Below, in pieces: positions 42,780 to 56,946 of a stretch of 64,000 bases of DNA (the first letter of the stretch is position 1; the number at the start of each line of letters is the position of its first letter). This DNA comes from Octopus sinensis (lineage: Eukaryota), in contig NC_043010.1 in NCBI RefSeq assembly GCF_006345805.1, forward strand, positions 15,190,001 to 15,254,000. Reading direction: 5' to 3'. The notes beneath the pieces are model-generated. The model ran no database searches. It was not told the DNA's origin and saw only the letters and a program-made list of their open reading frames with translations. The position numbers were made by a program, and so were the translations under genes.

Positions 42780-42975
42780 GATTGTTGGCGATTTTTTTTA
42801 CTCTGTCTTCCTTTTCTCTTGCACTTTCCACTGTCTCCTGTTTCTGAAGAAGAGCTTTGCTAGAAATGTAAAACGCCCTTTCTTTCTTTCCCTGAGCGTC
42901 TTATTAATACTTTGCATGTACCACGGCCTCGCGTTGTTGTATTTTCTTGTGTTCTTCTCCGTTTTGTGGGGATTA
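42780..42975 (+). mobile_element. PLE-type pLTR with minimal hammerhead (42840-42874)
   Basis: GTTT-CTGAAGA-A-GAGC-TTT-GCTA-GAAAT-GT-A-AAAC. Confidence 0.62.
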
Positions 42976-43007
42976 ACTATATATATATATGTGTGTATAT
43001 ATATATA

Positions 43008-43072
<65 letters not shown>

Positions 43073-43097
43073 ACACACCACACACACACACATATAT

Positions 43098-43165
<68 letters not shown>

Positions 43166-43176
43166 GTGTGTGTGTG

Positions 43177-43207
<31 letters not shown>

Positions 43208-43409
43208 TATTTCAGGATAGTCATTTTTTGTCAAATAAACACACGCAACATGCATTTGTTCTTCACTCGTTTATCTCATATCCATTGTCCGGCAACCTTA
43301 CTTCACATATCTGTGACCTCCTCAGCGACACTCTTCGTTTTCCTGTCTGCTCTTTCTCTACTTACACCATTCTTCTCTGCTACCCAAGAGCAGAACGGAA
43401 TAAGTGGAT

Positions 43410-43575
43410 CAAGAACGATCTTTTCTCAGTTCTACTGGTTAATACTCTCTCAGAACGTTCGTGAATATCGACATTTTTCGGCCATATTGGAAATGTCTGA
43501 ACCACTCGTACACTTGTGTGTGGATCACAGGCTCCTCTCCATTCACTTTCTGCAACTTTGTGAAGGCCTCTGATC
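43410..43575 (-). mobile_element. Mariner transposase N-terminal (HTH) remnant
   Basis: EAFTKLQKVNGEEPVIHTQVYEWFRHFQYGR / [19 protein letters not shown] matches the VYEWF.RF..GR.S..D..RSGRPSTS motif. Confidence 0.68.
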
Positions 43576-43655
43576 CATGACAACTTTCTCTGTCATGGTT
43601 AATGCGACGATCGTTCCATGCACTGCTCTAAACAATGAAATTTAACTAGAACTTT

Positions 43656-43790
43656 AAGCAGTGGTCCCAAGACAGTGCTCTGTGGAACACCGCTCACTAT
43701 ATAAGTTTTCATTAAGTTGGCTCCAACTAGGATCAGTGAGGTATTGAATGACCAGTTCAAAAGTGTTTTTACCACTCCGTTGGAGCACAA
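43656..43790 (-). mobile_element. Inverted short CR1-group RT fragment
   Basis: SGVPQSTVLGPLL, homologous to 44420-44495. Confidence 0.7.
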
Positions 43791-43874
43791 ACAATGAACA
43801 AACCAGTGAATTTCTTTGCCTCCTCACCCCTCACAATCAAGGCAGTTATACAAAAACATTAGCGAAGATATACT

Positions 43875-45260
43875 ACTAGCCATAGATGAGGTGGACGCAA
43901 ACTCACTACTGGCCCTGATGGTTTTCCAGCTGTCCTCAAATCGTGTAAGCGTGCCCTAGTGAAAGCACTGCAGATTCTCTTCCAGAACTTTCCTGCAAAT
44001 GGCAGGCTTCCAAGCAAACTCAAGGAAGGAATGATATGCCCAATCCATAAAGGAGGAACCAGAGCAGATGCCAAAATCCTATAGACCTATCTCTCTGACT
44101 TCACTCATCAGCAACGTCATGGAACGGATAGTCAGAAGGAAACTAATTGCATTCCTTGAAGAAAACGATTTGCTGAGTAATACCCAGCTTGGCATTCGAC
44201 CAGGTAGGAGCTGTCTAACCCAGTTCTTGCTGCACTATGACTGGGTGTTAAAGCAGTTATTCAACAACTCAAATGTGGACGCAATATAGCTTGACTTTGC
44301 AAAAGCTTTTAATAAAGTGGATCATGGTATGATATACCAAAACTGTGTGATCTCGGTACACTTGGAAAATTTGGAGAGAGGTTGCATGACTTTCGGAAAG
44401 ATAGAAGTCAGTCAGTTGTGACCAATAGAGCCAACTCAATGAAAACTCATATAGTGAACGGTGTTCCATAGAGCACTGTCTTGGGACCACTGCTTATCAT
44501 TGTGGCCCTCTCAGTTGCCAGGATAGCAACCCTTGTTAGCTATGCAGACAATACGAAAGTCTCGCAGAAAATACAGAACTCCTGCAATGTTGCACACTTG
44601 TAGCAGGAGTTGGACTCGATTTACAGATCGGCTGGGGACAATGATATACAGTTTAATGCAGGAAAATTCCAAGTCCTGCGCTACCAGCATCCAAACCTGA
44701 ATATAAGAATTACAGGGTACACTGCTCCACAAGGGACTACAATTCCAGAGCTTAAATCAGTGAGAGACCTGGAAATCGACATGAGTGATGATATCTCTTT
44801 CCAACTGCACATTACCAGGATGGCGACAGAGTACAGACGACTTGCTGGATGGATCCTGAGAACTCAGAGGACCAGAAAGAAAGAAACCATGATTGTCCTC
44901 AGCTGCCTTGATTACTGCTCCCAGATATGGTCACCCAACGGTAATCCAGCGAAGCTTCACAAAAAAAAAATTGTTGCAACAGCTCAGCTACTGGGAAAGG
45001 CTGAAACAGCTAAAACTCTACTCTCCGGTGTGCAAGGGCGGGAGAGGTGTACAGTAATATATAACTGGAAGATCGTGAAAGGAATTGTGCCATATTTTGG
45101 CATTGAAAGTTACACATATGCCAGAACGGATCGACATTGCACAGTGCCAAAGATTCTAGCAATGACATCGCGTTTCAGGACCAGTTACTGCAACAGCATG
45201 GGCTTCAGAACTGGACCTCTTTCTGTCGAGAGTCCCAGATGAACCTACCTCGCGGCAAGA
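43875..45260 (+). mobile_element. Frameshifted CR1/L2-group LINE reverse transcriptase region
   Basis: GPDGFP..ICPIHKGG..YRPISLTSLISNVMERIV..GIRPGRSCLTQ..LDFAKAFNKVDHG..VPQ.TVLGPLL..YADNTK..FNAGKFQVLRY..LDYCSQIWSP. Confidence 0.9.
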
Positions 45261-45389
45261 GGTGCAAGTGAGGGTAGCGACATCAAGCTCCCTTATTCAC
45301 CAAATGCCGCATATTAGAGGAAGCTCTGAGTAATAACAGTGTAGTAAAATGGCGGTGTCCCAGCATGGCCACGGCTTTGGCTGAAACTA

Positions 45390-45433
<44 letters not shown>

Positions 45434-45677
45434 ATACGTATATATTATACACATATTCATATACATGCATATACATACATATATACACATATACACACAC
45501 ACATACATACATTCACACACAAACGCACACGCACACACACACACACGCGATTGTGCGTATGCATATACACATTCCACATTCTATCATTTCATGGTTCTAC
45601 AATTCTACCCAATCAACACCCAGCAATTACTAGGTGACATTTTGCACATCGCATTAGTCCATGAAGAAGATAACGAG

Positions 45678-45688
45678 TAATAATAATA

Positions 45689-45731
<43 letters not shown>

Positions 45732-45855
45732 TATAATAATAATAATGATGATGATGATGATGATGATGATATTGATAATAATAATAATAATGATAATAAT
45801 AATAATGATGATGATAATAATAATAATGATGATGATAATAATAATAATAATAATG

Positions 45856-45889
<34 letters not shown>

Positions 45890-46156
45890 TAATAATAATG
45901 ATGATGATGATGATGATGATGATATTAATGATAATAATAATGATAATAATAATAATGATGATGATAATAATAATAATGATGATGATAATAATAATAATAA
46001 TAATGATGATGATGATGATGATGATGATGATAATAATAATAATGATAATAATAATAATCATAATAATATATAATAATAATTAATATTATGATGATGATGG
46101 ATGATGATGATGATGATGTATATAATAATAATAATAATAATAATAATATAATAATG

Positions 46157-46201
<45 letters not shown>

Positions 46202-46210
46202 TTGATAATA
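45678..46210. repeat. (ATA)n/(ATG)n compound satellite
   Basis: Direct reading. Same type as 3187-6078. Confidence 0.95.
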
Positions 46211-46721
46211 ACGAGTATAACAAATTTTCACTCGGGCTGTTAATTAATTGAGTAAATGATGTAATTAATTGTTTGATGAAGTCTCTTTGAAATCGTAGAA
46301 ATACGAGCTGTGATTATTCTTCAGCGGCGCTGACCTTCATCTTTATTCAATAATACAGTTGATTTGATTAAGTGTGCATAAGTGGCAGGAACAAATCAAC
46401 AAGTGAATGTTATATACATCACGCATTAGATTATATTAATTTATTCATTTATTTATATATTTTGTACGGACATTTTATTTAGTTGTTGTTTTTTTTTGTT
46501 TTTGTATTTTCTTTAACTTTAATTTTTCTTTTTATATATATTTTTCGTTCCGACCGGCTCGTTATTCTATTTTCTTTTCTATGTTTATTTTTCTTTCTCT
46601 TTTTATTGGTGATATTTTGAGAAACATTTTGAGTTTCATTACGGTGTGTGTGTATACACAGACAGACAGACAGATACACACACAAAGTTATACATATATA
46701 TATACATAGACATATACATAT

Positions 46722-46756
<35 letters not shown>

Positions 46757-47957
46757 GCATATGTATGTAACTATCTCTCTCTCTCTCTCTCCATATATAT
46801 ATATATATATATAGATATATATATATATGTACACTATATATTGAAGTAATGGCGGACGGTTTGTGTTTATAAATATATTTCTATATGTGTCTATGTGACT
46901 GTTAATGGATATGTATGTATGTGGTTGTCTCAGTGCAAATATAGTTTTGATATGATAGTAATTTGCATTTGTTTGTTTATGTGTGTATACGTACTTGTAT
47001 GCGTATGTGCATGTTTGTTTGTGCATATTTGCATGTGTACTCAGAAGTATACCTGTGTATGTACATGTGCACTTTTTTAGGTTTCGTTTTAATATTTTTG
47101 TTAGAAAAAATGAATAGATTTGAAAAATAAATAATCGAACTACCGATATTTTAATCAACCAACCGATCGATTAATTAATTAATATTTATTTAACTCTCTG
47201 AGATGTAAATGATTGACCGAGAAAAATCAATAAGATAGCTAAACATGATCTCTAACGTTTAGTTTTCTTCTGAATTCAATCTGCGACACACGAGCTTATA
47301 ATGTTTACTTCGTAGCAACGTGTTTCTCAATAGTATGCAAGACAACCCTCGTCTGCCATAGATTCAAGCCTACCAAAACCTTGTCAAAAGTATTTTGTTG
47401 ACGAAGTTGAATGGAAGCAACTCAGAAGAATCTTCTTCTTGGGCAGGGCCTCAATTAATCCGTACTCGGTTTAACATCGGTAACTAGTTAAGTGTTCTTA
47501 AATAAGTAACTTTTGTTGTTAGTAATTAAGAATTCCTCTTCTCGTCTTTTTTACCTCTGACCTGGAAATAGACCAAAGTCATTTTTCTACATTTTCTGAT
47601 TAATTTATGCCAGAATATAAAAGCATAATTAAGGCCCACCAACTTTAGTTACTTAAGTCTTTACGTGATATTAATTAAGTCCCTGTAATTAACGAAGACC
47701 GTTTCAATTTAATCAACTATATTCCGGTCTCTATCAAAACACACCTCTTTCCTAATCAAAGAGTGTTAATATGTATTTATCTCCTAATAAAGCACTATAG
47801 TTCAAAAAGAGACACCATCTTGTCCGTTGAATGAACCCCAATATTTAACGAGATTTTCTCTAAACTTTTACACACGGGAAACAAATAAGGGAATGAAACA
47901 AAATGTCTCATCCTGCGTCTCCAAACTTCGTTACTTTATTGCATTCACAATGCATAC

Positions 47958-48328
47958 TGTTTTTACTTGTTTCATTTGACTGCGGCCATGCTGGCGCACA
48001 ACTTTCAGTCGAGAAAAATCGACCCCAAGACTTATTATTTGTAAGCCTATTACTTATTATATCGGTTCTTCAACCGAACCGCTAGCTACGGGGACATAAA
48101 CATACCAGCATCGGTTGTCAAGCAATGACGGGGGACAAGCACACACACAGAAATATACGAATATATATACGACGGGATTCCTTCAGTATCCGTCTACCAA
48201 ATCCACTCACAAGGCTTTAGTCGGCCCGAGGCTATAGTAGAAGACACTTGCCCAAAGTGCCACGCAATGGGACTGAATCCGGAACCATGTGGTTGGGAAG
48301 CAAGCTACTTACCACACAGCCACGCCTG
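47958..48328 (-). mobile_element. SINE family 2 copy
   Basis: Full-length homologue. Confidence 0.85.
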
Positions 48329-48434
48329 CACAGCCACAATAATTTAAAACATTGTAGAAACCGTTTCACATTATCGTTTTAACTATAATATATGTCGGCA
48401 GAAACCTAATAATTTCTTTGTAATACAAGGCCTG

Positions 48435-48650
48435 AACCAGGCGGCGACTTGGAAGAACCGTTAGCACGTATGATCAAATGCTTAACGGCATTTCGTTTAT
48501 CTTTACGTTCTGAATTCAAATATCGCCGACGTGGACTTTCCCTTTCATCCTTTTGGGATCGATAAAATAAGTATTAGTTGAACGCTCAGGTTGATATAAT
48601 CGACTTAACCACTTGCCTGAACTCGCTGGCCTTCTGCCAACATTAGAAAC
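48435..48650 (+). mobile_element. SINE family 3 copy, diverged
   Basis: ggcggcgacttggaagaaccgttagcacg..ttctgaattcaaat..ctttccctttcatccttttgggatcgataaaataag. Confidence 0.72.
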
Positions 48651-49510
48651 CAATATAGGATTTGAAAATGAGGCGGCAGAAACACAATCGATTATATCGA
48701 CCCCAAATTTTGTCTGATGTTTATTTCATCACCAAGTTCCATTTTTTTTATTATTTAATCTTTTATATTTCTTTTGTGGATCTTCAATTTTGGTCAATAT
48801 TTTCTGAATTTCAGCAATGTTGCCACACGTTCCTCTTCCGAACCTCGTTGCAGAAATTGGGAGCCTGTTGTATATAAAATCCATGAAACAGAATATTATC
48901 TCCATTACATGATGTCATAAAAAGACATTAATAATATATCGTAAAAATACAAATATCTAAGCAACTCTTCTTCATTCGCAACGCATCAGTAACTAGTAAA
49001 CCACTGCACAAACTTCATACGACTAACGGAATTTAATAATTAATATATTTCACATTTTATATTACATATGCATTCATCGTATTTTCGCGCCAGCTGTTTG
49101 TGCATGTACAGTAGGAATTCTTGCCAATATATCATATTACTTGAAAGCAAATAGAATTTAGAGAGGAACGTAAAGTGATAAAACATTAGACTTATAGCGA
49201 ATACCATTTTAAGCAGGTAGAAATATATTCAGATCGTTGTGAACGATATCATACGTATAAATATATACCTACAGACAAACATACATGCATACACACATTG
49301 TGCAATATAAATATGTATTTGTTGTACTAAATATGTATACACTATATGTGATATCTAAATGTATATACGACATAAATAAGTATTAATTAATTCAACGCAC
49401 ACGGAAGCCTATCTCAATAATAGGCAATACGAGATACCGTGAGAAAAGCCTATAATAATCTTGAAATGAATTTATTGATAACGTACTAGGAAGAAACATT
49501 ACCGAATGTT

Positions 49511-49571
<61 letters not shown>

Positions 49572-49663
49572 TTAAGTAAATAAATGGAGTTGACGCAGAT
49601 GCTATTCAAATTCTTTTACTTTCGATATATGTTAACGGTAAACAAAGGATAATTCATTCATCC

Positions 49664-49717
<54 letters not shown>

Positions 49718-49774
49718 GAATATCAACGTCACTCAAAAACTATATACACTCCCTTCCATACCACCCAAGCATGT

Positions 49775-49806
<32 letters not shown>

Positions 49807-49939
49807 CCACATCCGGAAGGATTGATTGGAAAATCATTAGTCGAAACTCGGTGTTCCTAGGTCATTTAATGTTCCAAGAAATTATCAAGTACTAATAAGA
49901 AATATTGAAATATTATGAATGTATGTATGTATCTGTGTG

Positions 49940-49972
<33 letters not shown>

Positions 49973-50050
49973 GTATATACATATATATATTATATATATA
50001 TATATTGTATATACATTATATATATATATATTGTTATACATATATATATA

Positions 50051-50084
<34 letters not shown>

Positions 50085-50172
50085 GTATATACTATATATA
50101 TATATGTATATACATATATATATTACATATATATATATATTGTATATACATATATATAATATGTATATACAT

Positions 50173-50203
<31 letters not shown>

Positions 50204-50394
50204 GTAATAATATATATAATATATGTGGTATATACATATATATATATATGTGTATATATATATAATATATATAATACGACAGCATCGACTGTTTCGTCTG
50301 CCGTAAGGCATTATTTTTCAAATACGCCAACTAAGCTAAGTTGAACTGTCTAAAGTCGAAAGACGCCTGTTGTTTTTGTCCTGTTATTATTATT

Positions 50395-50660
50395 ATTTCT
50401 TTTTGTATTTATATTCGTGTGGCATCGTCTGTTTTTCTGTCCTTGTTTCGTATACATTCGATCCTTTTTCCAAGAAATCTATGCTTGTAGCTTAGTTTTT
50501 CCTTGGGGCTGGCAGGATCGGAGTGATCTCAAGATTAATCAGCCGAAATTGCGAGGATGATCCAATTCTTGACTGAAGATTAGAGGCTTCGAATGACCCG
50601 TCCGTTCTTTTGTGTCGTCTATTTGAATGTTTTGCGTTCTTGTCCCATTTTGTATTTTTA
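50395..50660 (+). mobile_element. Interspersed non-coding repeat (PLE-UTR-like); second copy inverted at 57790-58075
   Basis: ctcaagattaatc..ccgaaattgcgaggatgatcc..ttcttgactgaagatt..ggcttcgaatg is shared by both copies. Confidence 0.75.
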
Positions 50661-50698
50661 ATATATTTTTTATACATACATGCATACATATATATATA

Positions 50699-50742
<44 letters not shown>

Positions 50743-50899
50743 ATATATATATATATATTATTATAATATATAATATATATATACATACAAAGGAAATGCT
50801 GAGTTTTATTTCGGCTAATCTAGAAACGTGACGTTCTCAAATGATCTTTGTACTTGTGATATTTTACTGTTTTACCTCATATCTTCGTGACTTATTTTT

Positions 50900-51121
50900 G
50901 AGTAAACATTATCTGGGAGAATTTTTCTTAAAGTAGTGGAAATAGCTGAAAAACTTTTTGGCTGCTATTTCTAGAAAGTTCAGTATGTGGCAAAGTAATT
51001 TATTTTACTAAGCCCTAATTATATAATATAATATTTTGAATACGCCTTAAATGGTCCTTTTACATACTGAACACTACTTGGTGAAATTGATTAATAACTA
51101 ATTAATTTTACCCTCAATTAT

Positions 51122-51130
<9 letters not shown>
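50900..51130 (+). mobile_element. AT-rich repeat family shared with 11405-11757 and 59590-59800
   Basis: ctgggaga..gaaatagct..gctatttcta..ctacttggtgaaatt..aattttaccc..tattgatat. Confidence 0.65.
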
Positions 51131-51155
<25 letters not shown>

Positions 51156-51757
51156 ATAAATATAAGAAATATTTATGTAAAGCTTTGCATGATCAGTTAA
51201 TTTATTCGACGATCCGCATGCACAGATACAAACGCGCATAAATAAACTGGTAAACTGCATCTGTTATTCCGCAGTAAATATTAATGCTCAACTTAGACTT
51301 CATACGGGGAGTGGAATATTTGTAACTAATAGTCTTTAGTAGTTGCTATTATTCCATAGATTTAAGATTCATGTTTATAGCAAAGTCCTTGCATATAGCA
51401 ATTGTATCAGATGAGCTTGTACGCAATAAGGTTTCTCTTCATTTCTATATAATTAATTATTTACTTAAGAAATGATATTTAGTCTTTGCTGTTTTAACAT
51501 TAAACAGTCAGGTGGCGAGTTTACAGAATCTCCAGCACGTCGGACGAGGTGCCGCTAAGCAGTTTGTACAGCTTGTTAGCGGCATTTTGCCAGTTTTTAT
51601 GCTTTGAGATTAAATTTCGTCTGTGTCCACTTCGCATTTTATCCATATGGGCCGCCCTCTACCATTTAAACAATACTTTCTTTTCACTGATCAAGATTTC
51701 TTACACTGGAGACATTTTCTTCAGCATTTAACAACCCACAAATTCTCGTATCATTTA

Positions 51758-52579
51758 CTAGCAGTATTGCTCGGCTCGTGCGCTCGTGCGTTCTATGCAC
51801 GCGCGAATTAAGCTAAACTTGGATGAAGTTCAATCAAAATTCAATTATTTTGGTTTTAAAATCAAGCATTTGAGGCCCTCTAATTTTGCACTTATGTATT
51901 CCATTTCCTCGATAGGAAGTACGTAGAAGCGTTTCATAAATTTTTGTTGATCAAATAATTTCATTGTTGAATTATTCAGTTTTTCTCAACGGGGATTTCA
52001 GGGGAGAGTTTCATGGAGTCCCTGGCGATGTATCGTGATAATCAAAAACCCGGCCTGCTAAAATTTGGTTAAAGTGATTCAAACTGCAGACTCAACGCAA
52101 AATGGTCACAAAATGGTCAAAATGGTCACATTTAATTCAAAGCGTTAAAAATGTTATGAAAACAATTGGTATGTGTTCACAAAGTCCAAACAATTAATAC
52201 GAAAAAACCTCCAGGCTACATCCCGAAAATTCATTTCTTTGCCGAATTTCTACAATGTTTACGGCGATTCGTTTTTATATCTTGATTTTTTATTTTTCAT
52301 GCAATTTACGCAAGCTTGCACGCGTGGTGAACACAGTTCACGTCAAACAGCTGACTGAGTAAAGTTCACTATTCAATGCATGGGATAAGGCCTAAACAAA
52401 CACATTATCGATTTTTGCATTTGCGAGATGAATTTCGGAACAGAAATAGCGCAGTTCAATTTTCATTTGCCTGAACTTTAAGTGACCCATTTTTGGTGGT
52501 TCTACGATTTGTTGGCTAGGAGGAGATGTGCCGGGAAGTTAAACACACAGACACACAAGTTGAGTTTTATATATATAGA
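51758..52579 (-). mobile_element. Non-autonomous Helitron-like element
   Basis: Minus strand begins A^TC (TCTATATATATAAAACTC, 52579) and ends CTAG^T (51758), with subterminal GC hairpin cgtgc-atagaac-gcacg. No TSD. Confidence 0.68.
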
Positions 52580-53599
52580 TGTAACTGTGTCATAGCTCCA
52601 GAATGTCTAATTACTGTCGAATTTAATTATGTTGTCTTTTATTCTCTGCAGTATACTTGGTTAGTTAGTGACATTCCGCATCTCTATACTTATAAATAAA
52701 GAAGTGCAATTCAAATATCGGTGTCTGAATTTAATTTCCATTATTACTCTCACACAATGAATACTCACAGTATGTAAGTTTTGTTTAATAGAAAAGCAGA
52801 GAATGCACAACAAGGAAGAAAAGAAAAAACTTTAAGCACGAAAATTGTTATATTGTGAATTTTCACTAGATGTGAAATTTGCGATCTGTTTGTTTAGAAT
52901 TAGCTTGGTGTTTGTAATGAAAACAGCTCAGTAGATAATATTTGGGTAACAGCAGTAGGTTTGAAAAATGCCAGACGTTTCCAAACTTAATACACTAATT
53001 ATAATTAACAATGAAAACAGCGATGCTTGCAAAATAACTTTCAAGAAAATTTTGTGATAATTTTTATTCCCAGAACATTTTAAGAACGTCAATCTTCATA
53101 ATCTGTATGTGCGCGCGTGTGTGTGCCTGTGTGTGAAAAAGTGTGGGAGAGAGAGGGGGGAGGAAGTGAGTGAGCGATTGAGAGAGAGAGAGAATGAGAG
53201 AGAGAGAATGAGAGAGAGAGAGAGAGAGAGACTGCACTTACGTGTGTCTCCATGCGTGTGATGCCATCTCTATATGTTTATATATCTGCTGTTGTGCGTT
53301 GGGATACACACGTAACTAGTTGTATATAATTGGATGCGTGTGGTTGCGTATGTGTTTGCGTGTGTGTGTATATGTGTGTGAGCGTATGTGAAATATATCT
53401 GAGCTATATCCATATCTATACAAATAATTCAATAATACACACTGTAATAAAATATATTTGCGATTATATAATCTCTTAATTCAATGTCATGTATTAAATA
53501 AACATTTGTACACAAATTCATACACATCTTTCTGTGTGAGTGTGTGTGTTTGTATGTATGTGTGTGTGTACGTTGCGTACGTGTGTGTATGCATGTGCG

Positions 53600-53790
53600 T
53601 ATATATATATATATATATTGGAAGGTTTGGAGATGATGTACAGGTATGTTATATTAGAAGAAATGAGGTACTCAGAAAATCGGATGGTTTATATTTACAG
53701 ATATTTATTTGTATATTACATTTTTTATACATCATATAACTTAGATCATGTATTAGCGCTTTCTCCCATTCTAGTGGGGTTTTCAAATCA
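53600..53790 (+). mobile_element. Unclassified interspersed repeat; inverted copy at 61250-61425
   Basis: aggtttggagatgatgtacaggta..gaagaaatgaggtac.cagaaa.tcggatgg is shared. Confidence 0.75.
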
Positions 53791-54072
53791 AACTTAGTTC
53801 CTGTGTGAAAAGTTTGTCCATTTTATAGTGGTATTGAGTTTGTAGTGGTGGGAAGGAATATAAGACAGTACAAGAGGGTGATAGATGATATATATATATA
53901 TATATATATATATCAGATACCCTTATTTATAGTTGTAAAAAAGTATTACCTTTGTATCGTATTTATTCCCATGCTGGCCACTTGATAATATCGATATTTA
54001 AATATCGATATTATCCTTATTTATAAATTTATATATATATATATGTATATATATGCATATATATATATATGC

Positions 54073-54108
<36 letters not shown>

Positions 54109-54134
54109 ATGTGTATATGCAAAACACATATATC

Positions 54135-54460
54135 CAGGTGCAGTTATGGCAGTGGGGTCGAGTTACTCTCTTTGTAACCATGTGGTTTCAGGTTTTGTCC
54201 CACTGCACGGTACCTCGAGCTAGTGCCCTCTATTATTATAGCCCTATACCGACCAATACCTTCTGATTGAAAATATCAAAAGGAAACTGAAAGAAGCCCA
54301 TCTTGTATATTCATGTTTGTGTGTATGCGTCTGAATTTGGTTTCGCCCCCACACCGCTTGACATGATATTGGCTTGTTTACCTCCCCGTAACTCAGCAAT
54401 TCAACGAATGACAGATTTATAATAAGCACCGCGCTTTTAAAATGCAATTACTGAGTCAAA
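54135..54460 (+). mobile_element. Old SINE family 2 copy
   Basis: Degenerate head, ggaaactgaaagaagccc and ccccgtaactcagc segments. Confidence 0.6.
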
Positions 54461-54623
54461 GTCTTTGGACAACAACCCTGGAAGGCGGTTGCAGCCAGAA
54501 GTGAATATTTCCCACCAAACCTGAGTATTCCGAAAACCTAAGGCGTGAATGCCTGGTTTTTTGGTAGATCCAGCTTGTTCGCAGATGCATCATGCATGTC
54601 GCGGTGTTATTTATGTTCATTCG

Positions 54624-55446
54624 GAAGGCGGCAAGCTGGTAGAATCATTAGCATATCGGGCGAAATGCTCAGCGGTATTTCGTCTGCCGCTACGTTCTGA
54701 GTTCAAATTCCGCCGAGATCGACTTTGACTTTCATCCATTCGGGGTCGGTTAAATTAGTACCAGTTAGGCACTGGGTCGGTATAATCGACTTAATCCGTT
54801 TGTCTGTCCTTGTTTGTCCTCTCTGTGTTTAGCCCCTTGTGGGTAGTAAAGAAATAGGTATTTCTCAGTTGCTACGTTCTGAGTTCAAATTCCACCGAGA
54901 TCGACTTTGCCTTTCATCTCTTCAGGGACGATAAATTAAGTAACACTGAAACACTGGGGGTCTATGTAATCTACATGTCCTCTCCCAACAAATTTGAGGC
55001 CTTATGCCTCCAAGTAGAAAGGATTATTTATATTTATTCAGAAAGCGGCTAGCTGGCGGAATCGTTACCAGGCCGGGCAAAATTTGTTAGTGGTATTTCT
55101 CCCGTCGTTACGTTCTGAGTTCAAATTCCACTGAGATCGACTTTGGCTTTCATCCTTTCAGAGTCAATAAATTAAGTACCAGTGAAACACTGGGGTCAAT
55201 GCAATCGACTAGTCCTTTCCCCCAAAATTTCAGGCCTTGTGCCTTTAGTAGAAATGATTATTTATAAGACCAGACATTCACAATTATTTATATTTATTCG
55301 AAGGCAGCTAGCTGGCAGAATCGTTACCACGCTCGGCAAAGTGCTTAGCGGCCTCTTATCTGCCTTTACGTTCTGAGTTCAAATGACGCCGCGGTCGATT
55401 TTGCCTTCATTATTTTGGGGTCGATAACTTAAGTACTAGTGAAACC
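54624..55446 (+). mobile_element. Head-to-tail cluster of four SINE family 3 copies with two alternative tails
   Basis: Copies at 54624-54856 (tail A), 54857-55030 (headless, tail B), 55040-55262 (tail B) and 55299-55446 (truncated). Confidence 0.85.
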
Positions 55447-56207
55447 AGATCGATTGTCATGACCGTGGTGAACAAATAAATGCAAGTATAAACTGATTAA
55501 ATTCATTTATAGATAGACAGATTATTTGGCGGGAGTAGATTCATATTGTGTAAGTGATGATAGCATGAGTGCTTTCTTCTATATTTTTTACAAACATCTT
55601 AATAATATTGAAAATCTAGAGAGGTTTGTGTGTACCCGAAATATATCAGAAATAGTATACTTTTTCTTAATTTTTTGCATATATATTTTCATACTTACCT
55701 ACGACAGCGCAGTAAAAAATTGTGTGACATTTGGACCTCTATTTATTAATGAAAACGAGTAAACACATATTTTTGTTATTTCTTGGTGAAAAACCCATGG
55801 CTTCTGTGACGTCACCACACATACACACATACAGAACACACACACATATAATGAATGTTATAGCGTCTCAATCAACACAAACACACGTCTGCTATGTGTG
55901 TCATATACACACACACATAGTCTTTGCACTCTCTAAGACAAAAAACGTCAACTTTTTGACGTGCAGAATATTTTAATCATTTTAAAATATTTGTAACTGA
56001 ATGTAATTTCAAAAATATAAGTGTTTGTACAGTATTTATGTTTTAGCTTTCTTTAAGCAGACAATACTTAATTGTTTTGTTTTTCTAAAATTATTATCAA
56101 GTCGTTAATTTCCGTAAAAAATTTTTATTTATTTACTTTTGTTTTAAAATGACAGAAGAGAAAGTGAAAGATGTATGTACGTGTATATGAAATGGACGTA
56201 TGTGTGT

Positions 56208-56248
<41 letters not shown>

Positions 56249-56396
56249 AAAAGAGAGAAAGGAAGAGAGAGAAAGAGAAAGTGACAACGTGTGTGTTCTT
56301 ATGTATCTGTAAGTGGTATTGTCTCTCCTTCTCTCTCTCTCTCTCACACACGTCCATTTCGCTGCTTGTTGCAACCTTTTCAGTAGTTGTTAGTAG

Positions 56397-56452
<56 letters not shown>

Positions 56453-56498
56453 ATATATATATGTGTGTGTATGTATATATAATATATATGCATGTATG

Positions 56499-56626
<128 letters not shown>

Positions 56627-56789
56627 CCTTCCTGTCTTTATCACTAATGCTGTTTAGAATAACACCTACGCAAATTCTATAACCAAAACATTCAAAAGAA
56701 TATTTTCATGAATTGAACAGCGACTATTACCATCGACTGTGGGTCATTAGCTGACCATTCAAAATACTATTGTCACGGCACTCCCACAT

Positions 56790-56824
56790 ACTTCTTCTTC
56801 TCCTTCTCCTCCTCCTCCTTCGTC

Positions 56825-56856
<32 letters not shown>

Positions 56857-56946
56857 CTTCTTCTTCTTCTTCTTCTTCTTCTTCTTCTTCTTCTCTTCTT
56901 CTTCTTCTTCTTCTTCTTCTTCTTCTTCTTCTTCTTCTTCTTCTTC
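56790..56946. repeat. (CTT)n array
   Basis: Direct reading. Confidence 0.95.

Noticed and set aside
49810-49860. Degenerate HHR-like strings here and at 63345-63388
   Set aside because: GAAAC and stems are partly present but the CUGANGA core is absent.
50560-50600. CTGAAGA..GAAT motif in the 50.4/57.8-kb repeat as a hammerhead
   Set aside because: Lacks A15.1 and has no stem I pairing, so it cannot be folded canonically.
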